In this document: positions 8,844 to 18,270 of the stretch, piece by piece
Layout: the number at the start of each line of letters is the position of its first letter
Position numbering within the stretch: the first letter of the stretch is position 1
From: Candidatus Glassbacteria bacterium
GTDB lineage: Bacteria; Gemmatimonadota; Glassbacteria; GWA2-58-10
Direction: 5' to 3'
Assembly (NCBI GenBank): GCA_019456185.1
Contig: VRUH01000007.1
Coordinates: 6,829-70,828, forward strand
Length of the DNA stretch: 64,000 nucleotides
The notes under the pieces: model-generated
The model's database searches: none
Told to the model about the DNA's origin: nothing
The model's input: only the letters and a program-made list of their open reading frames with translations
Translations under genes and position numbers: made by a program

Positions 8844-9787
8844 CAGATCTCGACCTCCGAGGTCCGGACGGCGTTCAGATCGAGAGTGCCCAGGCCCATC
8901 CGGCTGCCGATTTCAAGATAGCCGATCGCGGCGGGATCGATCCCGAAAAAGCCCGCGGCGCGGGCATCGGCGGCCACCGGGTCTACTGAGGCGATCACCG
9001 TGTCCAGCTGCTTGACATCGCCCAGGCTGCCGCCCGAGGGTCCGTTGGCGGTCAGAATCCGCACGGCGTCGATCACGGTCAGGGCCGGGGCGAAAAAGCG
9101 GGTCATCTCGGCAATCGAGAGGTGGACATCCTGGTGGAGCTGGTTGCGCCGTCCGCCCATCAGCCCGTAGAAGTTCTTCATCCCCAGCGTCAGGCGGCTC
9201 AACGAGTGGTGCTTGGCGATCGGGACGTTGATAATCCGGTCCACCTCCAGCGCCTCGCGGTAAACCGGCCACTCCTTGATCAACTCGCCGCCCACATTCA
9301 CTCGCCGGAAATTGTAGTCCTCCAGGAACGGCACCTCCGCGCCGACTTCCTCGGCCGCGGCTTTGATCCCGCTGCGCACGTAACAGCGCCTAGGGTCGTT
9401 GATCGTGTTGTCCAGCACGGTCACTTTGGCCGCGCCGGCATCCAGGCACATGGCGCACAGCTCGGCGACAACCTCGGGATTTGTCGTGGCCGCCTGGGCC
9501 GGGACCCTGTCCCAGCCGATATTGGGCTTGATCATCACCTTGTCGCCCCGGCTGACAAACACGCCCATCCCGCCGAGTTCCTCCACCGCCCGCCGGGTAA
9601 TCGCGCGGGCGTCCGCACCCTTGACCACCGACATTTCAGCCCCGACCACGTTAACCGGCCTGGGGCTGCGTCCGCCGGCGGCGGCAACTGACCCGCCCGA
9701 GCCCTCGCCTCCCCCACAGGCCCCCAGAGCGGCCGCGGCAGCCGAGCCACCCAGGAGTTTGAGAAAGCTTTTTCTATTCAGAGACAT
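8843..9787 (-). CDS. DUF362-domain protein carrying a Tat-like (RK variant) signal and a lipobox
   Basis: MSLNRKSFLKLLGG..AALGACGGG at the N-terminus, then a DUF362-like core (MIKPNIGW.., NVPIAKHHSLSRLTLGMKNFYG). Its stop overlaps the polyferredoxin start as ATGA, which suggests translational coupling. Confidence 0.55.
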   Translation of the reverse strand: MSLNRKSFLKLLGGSAAAAALGACGGGEGSGGSVAAAGGRSPRPVNVVGAEMSVVKGADARAITRRAVEELGGMGVFVSRGDKVMIKPNIGWDRVPAQAATTNPEVVAELCAMCLDAGAAKVTVLDNTINDPRRCYVRSGIKAAAEEVGAEVPFLEDYNFRRVNVGGELIKEWPVYREALEVDRIINVPIAKHHSLSRLTLGMKNFYGLMGGRRNQLHQDVHLSIAEMTRFFAPALTVIDAVRILTANGPSGGSLGDVKQLDTVIASVDPVAADARAAGFFGIDPAAIGYLEIGSRMGLGTLDLNAVRTSEVEI

Positions 9788-9864
9788 AGTTAGGTCCTCC
9801 TGAGACCTTAAACGTCTTAATCGTGCCGATGGTACACTTTTGCCGATAACTGCCGGTGAGCCTG

Positions 9865-10923
9865 TTAATTCTTGCTGCCCGAGCCCGTGGACATGCCGCC
9901 GCCGGGGGGATTACCCGTCCCGTGCGGTGATGCCGACCGCTCCGGCTTGACCGCACTGTGGGGATTGCTTTTCCCCGTGTCGTGCAGCGCACCGGCCTGA
10001 TCGAACAGGGCGGTAATCTGGGTTGTCCGCAGGATTACCACGTCCATTCTGTCCAGATGAGTGTAGACTATCCGCTTGTCGGTGATCTTGGCGGTCGCGC
10101 TGTCGGCGGCGGCCAGATCGGCCTTGTCACGGTAAAAGGCGGTCACCGAAGAGAAAACAGCCTCGGCGAGGGTGGAATCCGGGTACTGGACCACCAGGAA
10201 ACTGGCCGGGTTGCTGTTTTCGCGCATCCGGTAGGCACCAAACGCGCCGGGAATGCTGTCGCTGATGGTAAACACGTTCTCGTCACCGACAAAGCGTAGT
10301 GAATTCAGCCCCAGCGGACCCTCGAGATAGGTCTCCGTATGCGGGATCAATCCGCGGCGCGGCAGCAGGGACAGGATATCGGGCCAATCATCCGGCTCAT
10401 CGGCCAGTTCAAGCTCGATTCGCGAGGCGATCTCATCGAGAGCCGCGGCGGTAACCTGATCGCGGTCCGCAGCCTGAACATCGACAAAATATTCTCCCGC
10501 ACAGAACAGGACCCGGTAGTCTCCGCGAGCGCCGATAGTGCCTTTCGAGACCGGGCGGTGCGAAATCTTCCGGTTGACACTGAAGATCCCGTACGCGGCT
10601 TCGGAGTCTTCCATGCGGTAGATCTTGGCCACGATCGAAACGCCGCTGCCGGATGCGTACTCTTTGACCGCGGTTTCCTCGCAGCCGAACTCCATGAAGA
10701 TATCCGCGCCGCCGTTAATGAGATCATAGAGTTCGCGGCCGCTGTAGACTTGGGCTTGACTGCCGGCAACCGTGCCCTCCGGCAGTTCGCTCAACGGGAA
10801 CAGGGCCGTCAACTCGCTCGGCCCATCAGAGCCCGCTTGCTTAGCTCCGCCACAGGCAATCAGCGCAGTAATAACCGCAGCCAGCAGCAAGCGGGTGATC
10901 CCGTTTAGAGAATTCTGACTCAT
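9865..10923 (-). CDS. Lipoprotein of unknown function, paralog B
   Basis: Lipobox LIACGG. Shared motifs with the 2316..3323 product (LINGGAD, KIYRMEDSEAAYGIFS). Confidence 0.6.
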   Translation of the reverse strand: MSQNSLNGITRLLLAAVITALIACGGAKQAGSDGPSELTALFPLSELPEGTVAGSQAQVYSGRELYDLINGGADIFMEFGCEETAVKEYASGSGVSIVAKIYRMEDSEAAYGIFSVNRKISHRPVSKGTIGARGDYRVLFCAGEYFVDVQAADRDQVTAAALDEIASRIELELADEPDDWPDILSLLPRRGLIPHTETYLEGPLGLNSLRFVGDENVFTISDSIPGAFGAYRMRENSNPASFLVVQYPDSTLAEAVFSSVTAFYRDKADLAAADSATAKITDKRIVYTHLDRMDVVILRTTQITALFDQAGALHDTGKSNPHSAVKPERSASPHGTGNPPGGGMSTGSGSKN

Positions 10924-11027
10924 CCAGACCTCCAGCCGGGCATCGGTCTTCCCGGCAGTAGCTGATAACCTGCTCAGTTAAAGGTTGGAATTTACCGGAT
11001 CATAACCGAATTGTCAATTGCGGGCGG

Positions 11028-11942
11028 TCATCCCTGACAGCCCTCAAAAAAGCGTATCGTGGCCAGCAGGCATTCACGCTGATCCGGTTCCGGCCGGTAA
11101 CCCAGCGATTTGAGGCGCGAGATGTCGGCGTAGCTGGTATGGATATCGCCCGAACGGGGACCGGCATGGATCAGCTTGCTCGAGGAGCCGGTGAGGTCGA
11201 TAATCTGCCGGGCGATATCGTTGATCGTGATATGTTCGCCGCGGGCGACGTTGCACACCGGACCACCTTTTTCCGAAGCCAGTACGCAGGCGGAAACGAC
11301 GTCTTTGACATAGACGAAATCGCGTACCTGGGTACCGTCGCCGTACACCGTGATATCCTCGCCACGCAAGGCCCTGTGAATGAAAATCGGAATAGCGGCG
11401 GCATACTGGCTCCGGGGGTCCTGGCGCGGCCCGAAGACGTTGAAAAACCTGAGCGGTCCCGCCCCCACGCCCCACTCGTCCTCGAAAATCTTCAGGTAAT
11501 ACTCGCCATCGAGCTTGGTCACAGCGTAAGGACTCTTGGGTTCGGGCAGCATATCCTCGCGTTTGGGCACCACCGGGTTATCGCCATAGACCGCCGCGCT
11601 GGAGGTGAATACCACGCGTTCCACTCCGTGTTCACGGGCGGCTTCGAGGACATTGAGCGTACCCTGTGTATTGATCTCCACGCACTCCGCCGGCTTTCCC
11701 AGACTTTCCGGCACACTGATCATCGCCGCCAGGTGAAACACCCGGTCCACGCCCTCGAACAGCGGAAACAGTCTCTCCCTGTCCGTAATCGTCACCTCGT
11801 GGAACTGATGGTTCAGGCCATCCAGGTTGCTCCGGTAACCGGTACGAAGGTTGTCGACAACTACTACCTCGTGGCCGGCATGAAAATGCTCGACAACGTG
11901 ACTGCCGATAAAACCGGCTCCGCCGGTAACCAGAATGCGCAT
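11028..11942 (-). CDS. NAD-dependent epimerase/dehydratase (UDP-sugar 4-epimerase-like, SDR family)
   Basis: MRILVTGGAGFIGSH Rossmann motif at the adjusted start (ATG 11942). Catalytic YAVTK (YxxxK). Length is typical for GalE/WcaG-like enzymes. Confidence 0.8.
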   Translation of the reverse strand: MRILVTGGAGFIGSHVVEHFHAGHEVVVVDNLRTGYRSNLDGLNHQFHEVTITDRERLFPLFEGVDRVFHLAAMISVPESLGKPAECVEINTQGTLNVLEAAREHGVERVVFTSSAAVYGDNPVVPKREDMLPEPKSPYAVTKLDGEYYLKIFEDEWGVGAGPLRFFNVFGPRQDPRSQYAAAIPIFIHRALRGEDITVYGDGTQVRDFVYVKDVVSACVLASEKGGPVCNVARGEHITINDIARQIIDLTGSSSKLIHAGPRSGDIHTSYADISRLKSLGYRPEPDQRECLLATIRFFEGCQG

Positions 11943-12193
11943 CAGCAAGTGCTCCGGGACAATGAAAAACTTACGGACCGTCCTGAATTCCAACCGGCTG
12001 TTAATTTGCCACCCTCCCGCTGATAAATCAAGCGCATACGGTGGGCGCAAGCCGTTTCAAAACATCCACGTCATTGACAAAATTTGGCAGTTCCGCTAAC
12101 TTTCGGACTCTTTCCCGGTTATACCAGAACCGATTACCCGGATAATAATTAAGCGTTTGATCTCATCATAAAGTTTGTCTGCAAGGAGGACCG

Positions 12194-13558
12194 GTGGCTA
12201 ATACATTTTCGACTACGCCGAAAACAGTTCCCGAGGTGTCCACTGCCAACCGCACGATTAAAACCCGGATTCCGGTACCTGAATCTCTGCCTGTTATCGA
12301 TAAACTGCGCAAGTACGAGCCGATCTCGATGTCCGGCCAGCCGCTGGTGCTGTGGAACAAGGGTGAGGGCGCAACTGTCTGCGACTCGTGGGGCAACCGC
12401 TGGATCGACTGGTCGAGCGGAGTGCTGATCACCAACGCGGGCCACAACAACCCCCGAATCCGTCAGGCGATTATCGACCAGGCCGAGTCGGGGCTGCTGA
12501 CCAGCTACTGTTTTCCCAACAACCCCAGGGCGCGCCTTGCCGAACTGCTGGTGGAGATTACGCCGAAAGAACTGACCAAGGCGTTTATCCTCACCACCGG
12601 CAGCGAAACTGTGGAATGCTGCCTTAAGCTGATGCGCACCAACGGCCTGCGCAAACACGGCAAAGACAAGATAACGATTGTCAGCTTCACTAACGCGTTT
12701 CACGGCCGCACCCTGGGAGCCCAGCAGCTCGGCGGGATCCCCAAGCTGAAAGACTGGATCGTCAACACCGATCCCAATATCGTACAGGTAGCGTTCCCCG
12801 ACGGGTTCCGTAACCCGGACACCAGTTTCGCGGGGTTCGAGAAAGCCCTGGCCGAACAAGGGGTCACACCGGAGTCGGTGGCCGGCGTGATCCTGGAAAC
12901 TTACCAGGGCGGCGGCGCCAGTTTCGCTCCTGTCGAGTATATCATGGCCCTGCGTGAGTGGTGCGACAAGCATGGAGCGCTGCTCACGTTCGATGATGTC
13001 CAGGCAGGGTTCGGACGCTGCGGCAAGATGTTCGGCTTCGAGCACTACGGAGTCATCCCCGACCTGACATGTTTCGGCAAGGGTATCAGCAGCAGCCTGC
13101 CGGTTAGCGCCGTGCTGGGCCGCGAGGAAGTGATGAACCTCTACGGTCCGAACGAAATGACCAGCACACATACGGGCAACCCCGTCTGCGCGATGGCCGC
13201 GGTGGCCAATATCGGATCGATTATCGATGACAAGCTGGTCGAGAACGCCGCCGCCATGGGCCAGGTGCTGCTCGACGCTCTGGCGGGTCTGATGACCAAG
13301 TACGACTCGGTGATCGGCGCAGTACACGGCAAAGGCCTGGTGGCCGGGGTTCATGTAGTCAAGCCGGGTGGGATCGAGCCGGATGCCGACCTGGCCTGGC
13401 ACGTGGTCAACAGCTGCGTGGAAAAGGGCCTGCTGATGTTCGCGCCGGTTGGTTTCGGCGGCGGCACCGTGAAAATCTGCCCGCCGCTGGTGATCAACCG
13501 CGATCAGGTGGAGGAAGGCCTGGCCGTGCTGGACGAGGCTTTCGAGGAAAATCTCTAG
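12194..13558 (+). CDS. Class-III (PLP-dependent) aminotransferase family protein
   Basis: 454 aa with motifs LTFDDVQAGFGRCGKMFGFEHYG and TCFGKGISSSLP (Schiff-base Lys region). GTG start 3 nt after AAGGAGG. Confidence 0.8.
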   Translation: MANTFSTTPKTVPEVSTANRTIKTRIPVPESLPVIDKLRKYEPISMSGQPLVLWNKGEGATVCDSWGNRWIDWSSGVLITNAGHNNPRIRQAIIDQAESGLLTSYCFPNNPRARLAELLVEITPKELTKAFILTTGSETVECCLKLMRTNGLRKHGKDKITIVSFTNAFHGRTLGAQQLGGIPKLKDWIVNTDPNIVQVAFPDGFRNPDTSFAGFEKALAEQGVTPESVAGVILETYQGGGASFAPVEYIMALREWCDKHGALLTFDDVQAGFGRCGKMFGFEHYGVIPDLTCFGKGISSSLPVSAVLGREEVMNLYGPNEMTSTHTGNPVCAMAAVANIGSIIDDKLVENAAAMGQVLLDALAGLMTKYDSVIGAVHGKGLVAGVHVVKPGGIEPDADLAWHVVNSCVEKGLLMFAPVGFGGGTVKICPPLVINRDQVEEGLAVLDEAFEENL

Positions 13559-13585
13559 GCCACGGTATTATAAAAAACAAACTAT

Positions 13586-13626
13586 AAAAGGCCGCGCCGG
13601 GATCGACCCGGTGCGGCCTTTTGCTT
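13586..13626. terminator. Bidirectional rho-independent terminator between convergent genes
   Basis: AAAA, then GGCCGCGCCGGG, ATCGA loop, CCCGGTGCGGCC, then TTTT on the plus strand. On the minus strand the same hairpin is followed by TTTTATAGTTTGTTTTTT. Confidence 0.6.
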
Positions 13627-13655
13627 CGCATCCTGCGGTGAAGCGGGTAATGCAT

Positions 13656-13741
13656 GCGGGCCGGCACGTTCATTGCCAGGAGCCGCCGATGGGACAGTGG
13701 GGCCGGGCGGACGGCGGGAAGCAATGAACGTGCCGGCCCGC
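13656..13741. repeat. Perfect 21-bp inverted repeat with a 44-nt spacer, of unknown role
   Basis: GCGGGCCGGCACGTTCATTGC at 13656-13676 and its exact reverse complement at 13721-13741. Checked base by base. Confidence 0.8.
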
Positions 13742-13766
13742 GTCCTTACGGTTTTTCTCTTCTCAA

Positions 13767-13802
13767 GCTTTTCCGCTTTTGGCTTTGCTTTTGCTTTTGC
13801 CT
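13767..13802. repeat. Imperfect tandem hexamer (GCTTTT) of about 5 units in the lptD 3' flank
   Basis: gcttttccgcttttggctttgcttttgcttttgcc, read directly. Confidence 0.6.
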
Positions 13803-13844
13803 CTCTCCTCATAGCCCCTAGAAATCACGGTTCTGTTAGCAATA

Positions 13845-16424
13845 TTAGTTGCTGGCCCGACGGACGTCGGGAACGCGGATCGCCGGGTTGGCCAGCAGGT
13901 AGGTGCTGAACACGAACTCGAACCGTCCGTTGGTCAGCGTGATCAGGCTCAGGTTGGCGCGCCAGCAGTGAAGGTCGCGGTTGAGGATAAACCGCTGCCC
14001 CTGCAGGCCGCGGGCGTTGAAATTGAAACTGCTGCTGTAGACCAGGTGCCACTTGGCGGTCGGGTTGAACGTGAACGACCAGCGGATACTCTGGTTGTTC
14101 CGTGCTGCGGACCGGGATCGGCTGAGGTTGTGGCTGATATTCACGCTCCACGGCATCGCCCGGCTGAAAGCCAGGTCGCGTTGAGTTTCGTAGTCGCTCA
14201 TCCGCGGGTTGAACGCGCTGCCGGCGGTGCCTGGATAGCGCATGCTCTCGCGGTATGCCTCCTCTTCCAGCTCCGCAGGCGATTGCTGCCGGCCTTCGCC
14301 CTTGTAAGTCCCTCTCAACGTGATAGTCGTGCTCAGGCTGCGCATGAACGGATCGAACCGTTCCCGCTGCCCCGGTTCAACCAGGTCGTGGTTCATCAGC
14401 AGCTGGACGTTTAGGAACGAGGTAGGACTGGAGGTAATCGAAGTCGAAAGATTCCCCCAGCCCAGAGTGTCACGCTTGGCCGCGCGGGTAAAATCGTAGT
14501 TCAGGCTGTTTCGCACTCTCACAAGCTGGCCGTTGCGCGAGGGCCGCTCGTCATCGTTCGCCGCGGCGCTGTCGGTTCTGGAATCCGTATCGGTGAAGTA
14601 CTTGTAGTCGATATCATTGGAGATCGACAGGCTCAGCCGGCTGACCTTGCCCCGGGTTCTGAGCTCGGTCAGGTCGGGCTGGAAATTATAGGTCAAGGTG
14701 GGCCGGATCGTGTGGCGCCAGCGGTAAATCGGACCCAGCCGCGGACCATCGAAAAAACCGTAGATCTGGGTGGACATCGACGAGGAGAAATTCAGGGTCT
14801 GTTCGTGATCGAACCGCTCGCCGTCAGCGCGAAAATTGTCGTGGGAAAGGCGGGTACTGTAACGCAGGCTCGGATTAACCTTGAGCCAGCCGTAAAGTGT
14901 CTGCGGAGAATCGAGTTCGAACCGGCTGTTGGAGTTGTGGACAGAGCGGGTGGAATCGTTGCTCTCGGTGGTCCGGTTGTGGCTGTAGCTTGTCGAGGCG
15001 CCCCAGGTGATATTGTACAGCCAGCCGCTGGAGACCAGGCCGTGACGGCGCGGGACGGTCCGGGACATGTAGGGAAACAGGCCGCGCTTGTTCAGGCTCA
15101 GGCTGGCCGAGGGGAGGTTCGTCACGGTGCGGTCGCTGCTCAGGAATTTCTCGTGACGCGCGCTGGTGGTGAATGATCCCCAGGACGGTCGCCAGTAGTA
15201 ACTGGCCGTGGAGCGCACGCTCTGGCGAAGGAGGTCCTGCTGGTCGAATCCCGTGCGCTGCAGGAGGTCCCGGCTGGAGGTGTAGTTGACCTCGGCATTG
15301 AACCTGCTGCTTTCGCTGAGAGTCTGGTTGTGACGGCCGAAGATGCTGAAATCCGTGGAATTGTTTATTTTGTCGTTAATCCGACGGATGTCGAAATTCC
15401 CGTCGTAGCTGTATCGCTTGCGGTAGCGTGTCCGGCCGCGGAACGTAGTCTGGCTGCTGGTGCGGATATCAACCGCGCCCAGAAAATCGACGTAATCGCT
15501 GGGCGCCCAGAAATAGCCCAGGTTACCGAAAGTACGGCCTGTGATCCTGTCGTAGGCGATACTGTTGACGCCGATCCTGGGCTGGAGGATTCCCGACTTC
15601 CGGTTGCCCCGCGTGACCGGGAAAAAGACGAACGGCAGGGCGAACACCGGCACCTTGCCCACCTTGAGCACCACCGGCGAGGCGAATACCCGCTTGTCGC
15701 GGATTACCTTGATCCGCCTGCTTTCAAAATGGAAGTGCTTGGACTGCTCCAGGTCACAGGAAGAGAACACGTTGCCCCGGCCGAAAACACTATCCGCTCC
15801 CACCTTGGCCATCCGGCTGCTGTGCAGCTCCCACTCGGCAAACTGCGTACTTCCCTCGGAAATAACCCCGTGGTTGTGGTCAAGGTTGTAGCGCACCCGG
15901 CCGCCCTCAAGCTCGTCGGTACCATCGGAGAGCCGCGTCTTGCCGCTGACAAAGATATCGCCTGTGGAGCGGTTGTAGGCAATCAGCGAGTCGCTGGCCA
16001 CTTCCTGCTGCTGGCTGGACACATCGGCCTGGCCCTGCAGCACCATCACGTTGCGCTGCATGAAAAACACGATCCGGTTCCCGGCATAACGAACCGAGCT
16101 AACGCGGCCCATGCCTTTCTCGATCAGCGCCTGCATAATACTGTCTGGTTCGGGGATCCTGAGAGAATCTGCTCCGGCTGAGGTGTCCGCGCTGGTTGAA
16201 TCGGAACTCGAAGAATCCCGGCTGGCAGGGGCTGATGTTGTATCAACTGATAATCGAACGGCTTCCGGCCGCTGCGCCCACGCGCGAGGCTGCCAGCAGC
16301 AAACCAATACGGCGGCCAGCAGTGCGAGCGGCAACACACTGCCCGGGCGGGCCGGATGGGGGAAAAACAACGGATCAGCCTGCCCGCTCGCCCTTCTGCT
16401 TTTTGCGGGCCACGACATAGGCAA
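13845..16424 (-). CDS. lptD: LPS-assembly outer-membrane protein LptD/OstA-like
   Basis: Signal peptide. N-terminal OstA/LptA-like fold (AGNRIVFFMQRNVMVLQGQADVSS...IAYNRSTGDIFVSGK). A large C-terminal region rich in beta-strand-like alternating patterns ending in aromatic residues. The start is ambiguous because it overlaps tatC by 50 nt. Confidence 0.6.
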   Translation of the reverse strand: MPMSWPAKSRRASGQADPLFFPHPARPGSVLPLALLAAVLVCCWQPRAWAQRPEAVRLSVDTTSAPASRDSSSSDSTSADTSAGADSLRIPEPDSIMQALIEKGMGRVSSVRYAGNRIVFFMQRNVMVLQGQADVSSQQQEVASDSLIAYNRSTGDIFVSGKTRLSDGTDELEGGRVRYNLDHNHGVISEGSTQFAEWELHSSRMAKVGADSVFGRGNVFSSCDLEQSKHFHFESRRIKVIRDKRVFASPVVLKVGKVPVFALPFVFFPVTRGNRKSGILQPRIGVNSIAYDRITGRTFGNLGYFWAPSDYVDFLGAVDIRTSSQTTFRGRTRYRKRYSYDGNFDIRRINDKINNSTDFSIFGRHNQTLSESSRFNAEVNYTSSRDLLQRTGFDQQDLLRQSVRSTASYYWRPSWGSFTTSARHEKFLSSDRTVTNLPSASLSLNKRGLFPYMSRTVPRRHGLVSSGWLYNITWGASTSYSHNRTTESNDSTRSVHNSNSRFELDSPQTLYGWLKVNPSLRYSTRLSHDNFRADGERFDHEQTLNFSSSMSTQIYGFFDGPRLGPIYRWRHTIRPTLTYNFQPDLTELRTRGKVSRLSLSISNDIDYKYFTDTDSRTDSAAANDDERPSRNGQLVRVRNSLNYDFTRAAKRDTLGWGNLSTSITSSPTSFLNVQLLMNHDLVEPGQRERFDPFMRSLSTTITLRGTYKGEGRQQSPAELEEEAYRESMRYPGTAGSAFNPRMSDYETQRDLAFSRAMPWSVNISHNLSRSRSAARNNQSIRWSFTFNPTAKWHLVYSSSFNFNARGLQGQRFILNRDLHCWRANLSLITLTNGRFEFVFSTYLLANPAIRVPDVRRASN

Positions 16425-17229
16425 TCCAGACGCTCAGCTCGTAGAGAAACGCCATCGGCACGGCCACCAGGACCATACTGCCCGGGTCCGGAGGAGTCAC
16501 TACCATCGAGAGGAGAAAAATACCGACAATCGCATGCCTGCGCTTGGCGCGCAGAAACTGGGGTGAAATAATCCCCAGCCGGGCCAGCAGCATAATCGCG
16601 ATCGGCAGTTCGAAGACGAACCCGGTGGCCATGATCATTTTCAGAGCCATGTCCAGGTAGCTGCTGGCCGTGAGCATGAACTCGGTGGAGGCGAACTGGA
16701 ACTTGCTGAAAAACGCCATCCCCAGCGGCAGGGTGATATAAAAGGCCATCACCGCGCCGAGGACGAACATGAAAATCGAGGCGAACAGGAGCGGGAATAC
16801 CAGTCTGCGCTCCTTTTTCAGCAGGGCGGGTGCGAGAAAGGCCCAGAGCTGGTAAAGAATGACAGGCGAGGCCACAATCAGTCCGAACCCGAACGAGAGC
16901 TTAAGCGCGATCATGAACCCTTCGGTGGGCCTGATAATCATCAGCTTCCCGTCGCGAAGGTACGGGGCTACGGGTTTGACCAGGATCTGCAGGATATCGT
17001 ACCTGCTGTTGAGGTAGAAGCCGATACAGATGCCGATAAAGAGGGTGGCCAGGCTCCAGAGGATGCGCATGCGCAACTCCTCCAGATGGTCAAGGAAAGG
17101 CATCTCGCTCTTGCGGTTGAGGTCGTCTTCATCTTCCTCCTGGCTGTCATCGTAAACCACCGGCGGTGGCGGCGGAGGGGATTCGACCGGAACCAGCTTT
17201 TTAGTTTCTTCGTCCATCGCACCCTGCAA
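16375..17229 (-). CDS. tatC: Twin-arginine translocase subunit TatC
   Basis: MPFLDHLEELRMRILWSL plus six predicted TM helices and the conserved TPPDP motif. Confidence 0.85.
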   Translation of the reverse strand: MQGAMDEETKKLVPVESPPPPPPVVYDDSQEEDEDDLNRKSEMPFLDHLEELRMRILWSLATLFIGICIGFYLNSRYDILQILVKPVAPYLRDGKLMIIRPTEGFMIALKLSFGFGLIVASPVILYQLWAFLAPALLKKERRLVFPLLFASIFMFVLGAVMAFYITLPLGMAFFSKFQFASTEFMLTASSYLDMALKMIMATGFVFELPIAIMLLARLGIISPQFLRAKRRHAIVGIFLLSMVVTPPDPGSMVLVAVPMAFLYELSVWIAYVVARKKQKGERAG

Positions 17230-17430
17230 AACATTGTTGCGGAGCCGGCAAGTGTCTGCCGGCGGATTGAATAAATCACGTCGGCGAAATATACGAATTT
17301 CAGGGGGTTACGGTCAAGGTTTACTGCGCATGGCATTGCCGGCGGAACCGGGAAACTCCTTGCACACGGGGCTTAAGCTGTTAACTTGTGTGCCGTGAGA
17401 AAATTTGCCAACTTGAGTACGGATACGAAG

Positions 17431-18270
17431 ATGACCGGACAGGACAGCCGGGAATTCGAGAAAATCACCACTGTCGAGCAGCTTGTCGCGCTGGTGGATT
17501 TCCTGCGCAGCGAACAGGGCTGCCCCTGGGACCGCAGGCAGACCAGCGAATCGCTCAAACCCTACCTGCTGGAGGAGCTCTACGAACTGCTGGATGCGAT
17601 CGAGCAAGGGGACGAGGCCAAGCTTAACGACGAGCTGGGCGACGTGCTGCTGCATCTCTGCTTCCAGGTCTCGCTGGCGCGGGAGGCCGGGAATTTCGGG
17701 ATGGAGGACGTGGTGGCGGGAATCCGGGACAAGATGATCCGCCGTCACCCGCACGTATTCGGTGAAGAGCAGTTCGCCAGCCGCGAGGACCAGCTTTTCG
17801 CCTGGGAACAGATCAAGCACCGCGAAAAACAGAACGGCGCTGAGGACGAGCAAAATAAATCCGTACTGGACGGCCTGCCGCGCTCACTGCCCGCCCTGCT
17901 GCGCGCTTTCCGGATCCAGGGCCGGGTGAGCAAGTTTCAATTCGACTGGGACGGACCGGAGGAGCTGTTCGGTAAGCTGGATGAGGAGATCGCCGAACTC
18001 AAAGAGGCGATGGCGGCCGGAGACCAGGCGGCGGTGGAAGAGGAACTCGGCGATCTGCTGTTCACCGCGGTCAACCTGGGCCGGCTGCTGAACCTCCATC
18101 CCCACGAGGCGCTGGAGAGGACCAACGAGAAGTTTATCCGGCGGTTCAAGGCGATGGAGGGTCTGCTGGTCCAGAGGGGCCTCAGGCTCGGGGAACTGAA
18201 TCTGGAGCAGCTCGACAAATTCTGGGAGCAAGTGAAAGACACGGAGCGAGGCGGGGAACTCAACGCTTGA
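17431..18270 (+). CDS. mazG: Nucleoside triphosphate pyrophosphohydrolase MazG
   Basis: Tandem EExxE-type MazG motifs (LLEELYELLDAIE and ELGDLLFTAV). Start set at the ATG at 17431. Confidence 0.75.
   Translation: MTGQDSREFEKITTVEQLVALVDFLRSEQGCPWDRRQTSESLKPYLLEELYELLDAIEQGDEAKLNDELGDVLLHLCFQVSLAREAGNFGMEDVVAGIRDKMIRRHPHVFGEEQFASREDQLFAWEQIKHREKQNGAEDEQNKSVLDGLPRSLPALLRAFRIQGRVSKFQFDWDGPEELFGKLDEEIAELKEAMAAGDQAAVEEELGDLLFTAVNLGRLLNLHPHEALERTNEKFIRRFKAMEGLLVQRGLRLGELNLEQLDKFWEQVKDTERGGELNA

Noticed and set aside
12073-12101. Possible TTGACA-17-TAACTT promoter upstream of the aminotransferase
   Set aside because: The -35 is consensus but the -10 matches only 3 of 6 positions. It is too weak to report as a feature.
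18260-18270. An 11-nt convergent overlap between the mazG and GHL10-like gene ends
   Set aside because: Trivial 3'-end overlap of convergent genes. Probably no biological significance.
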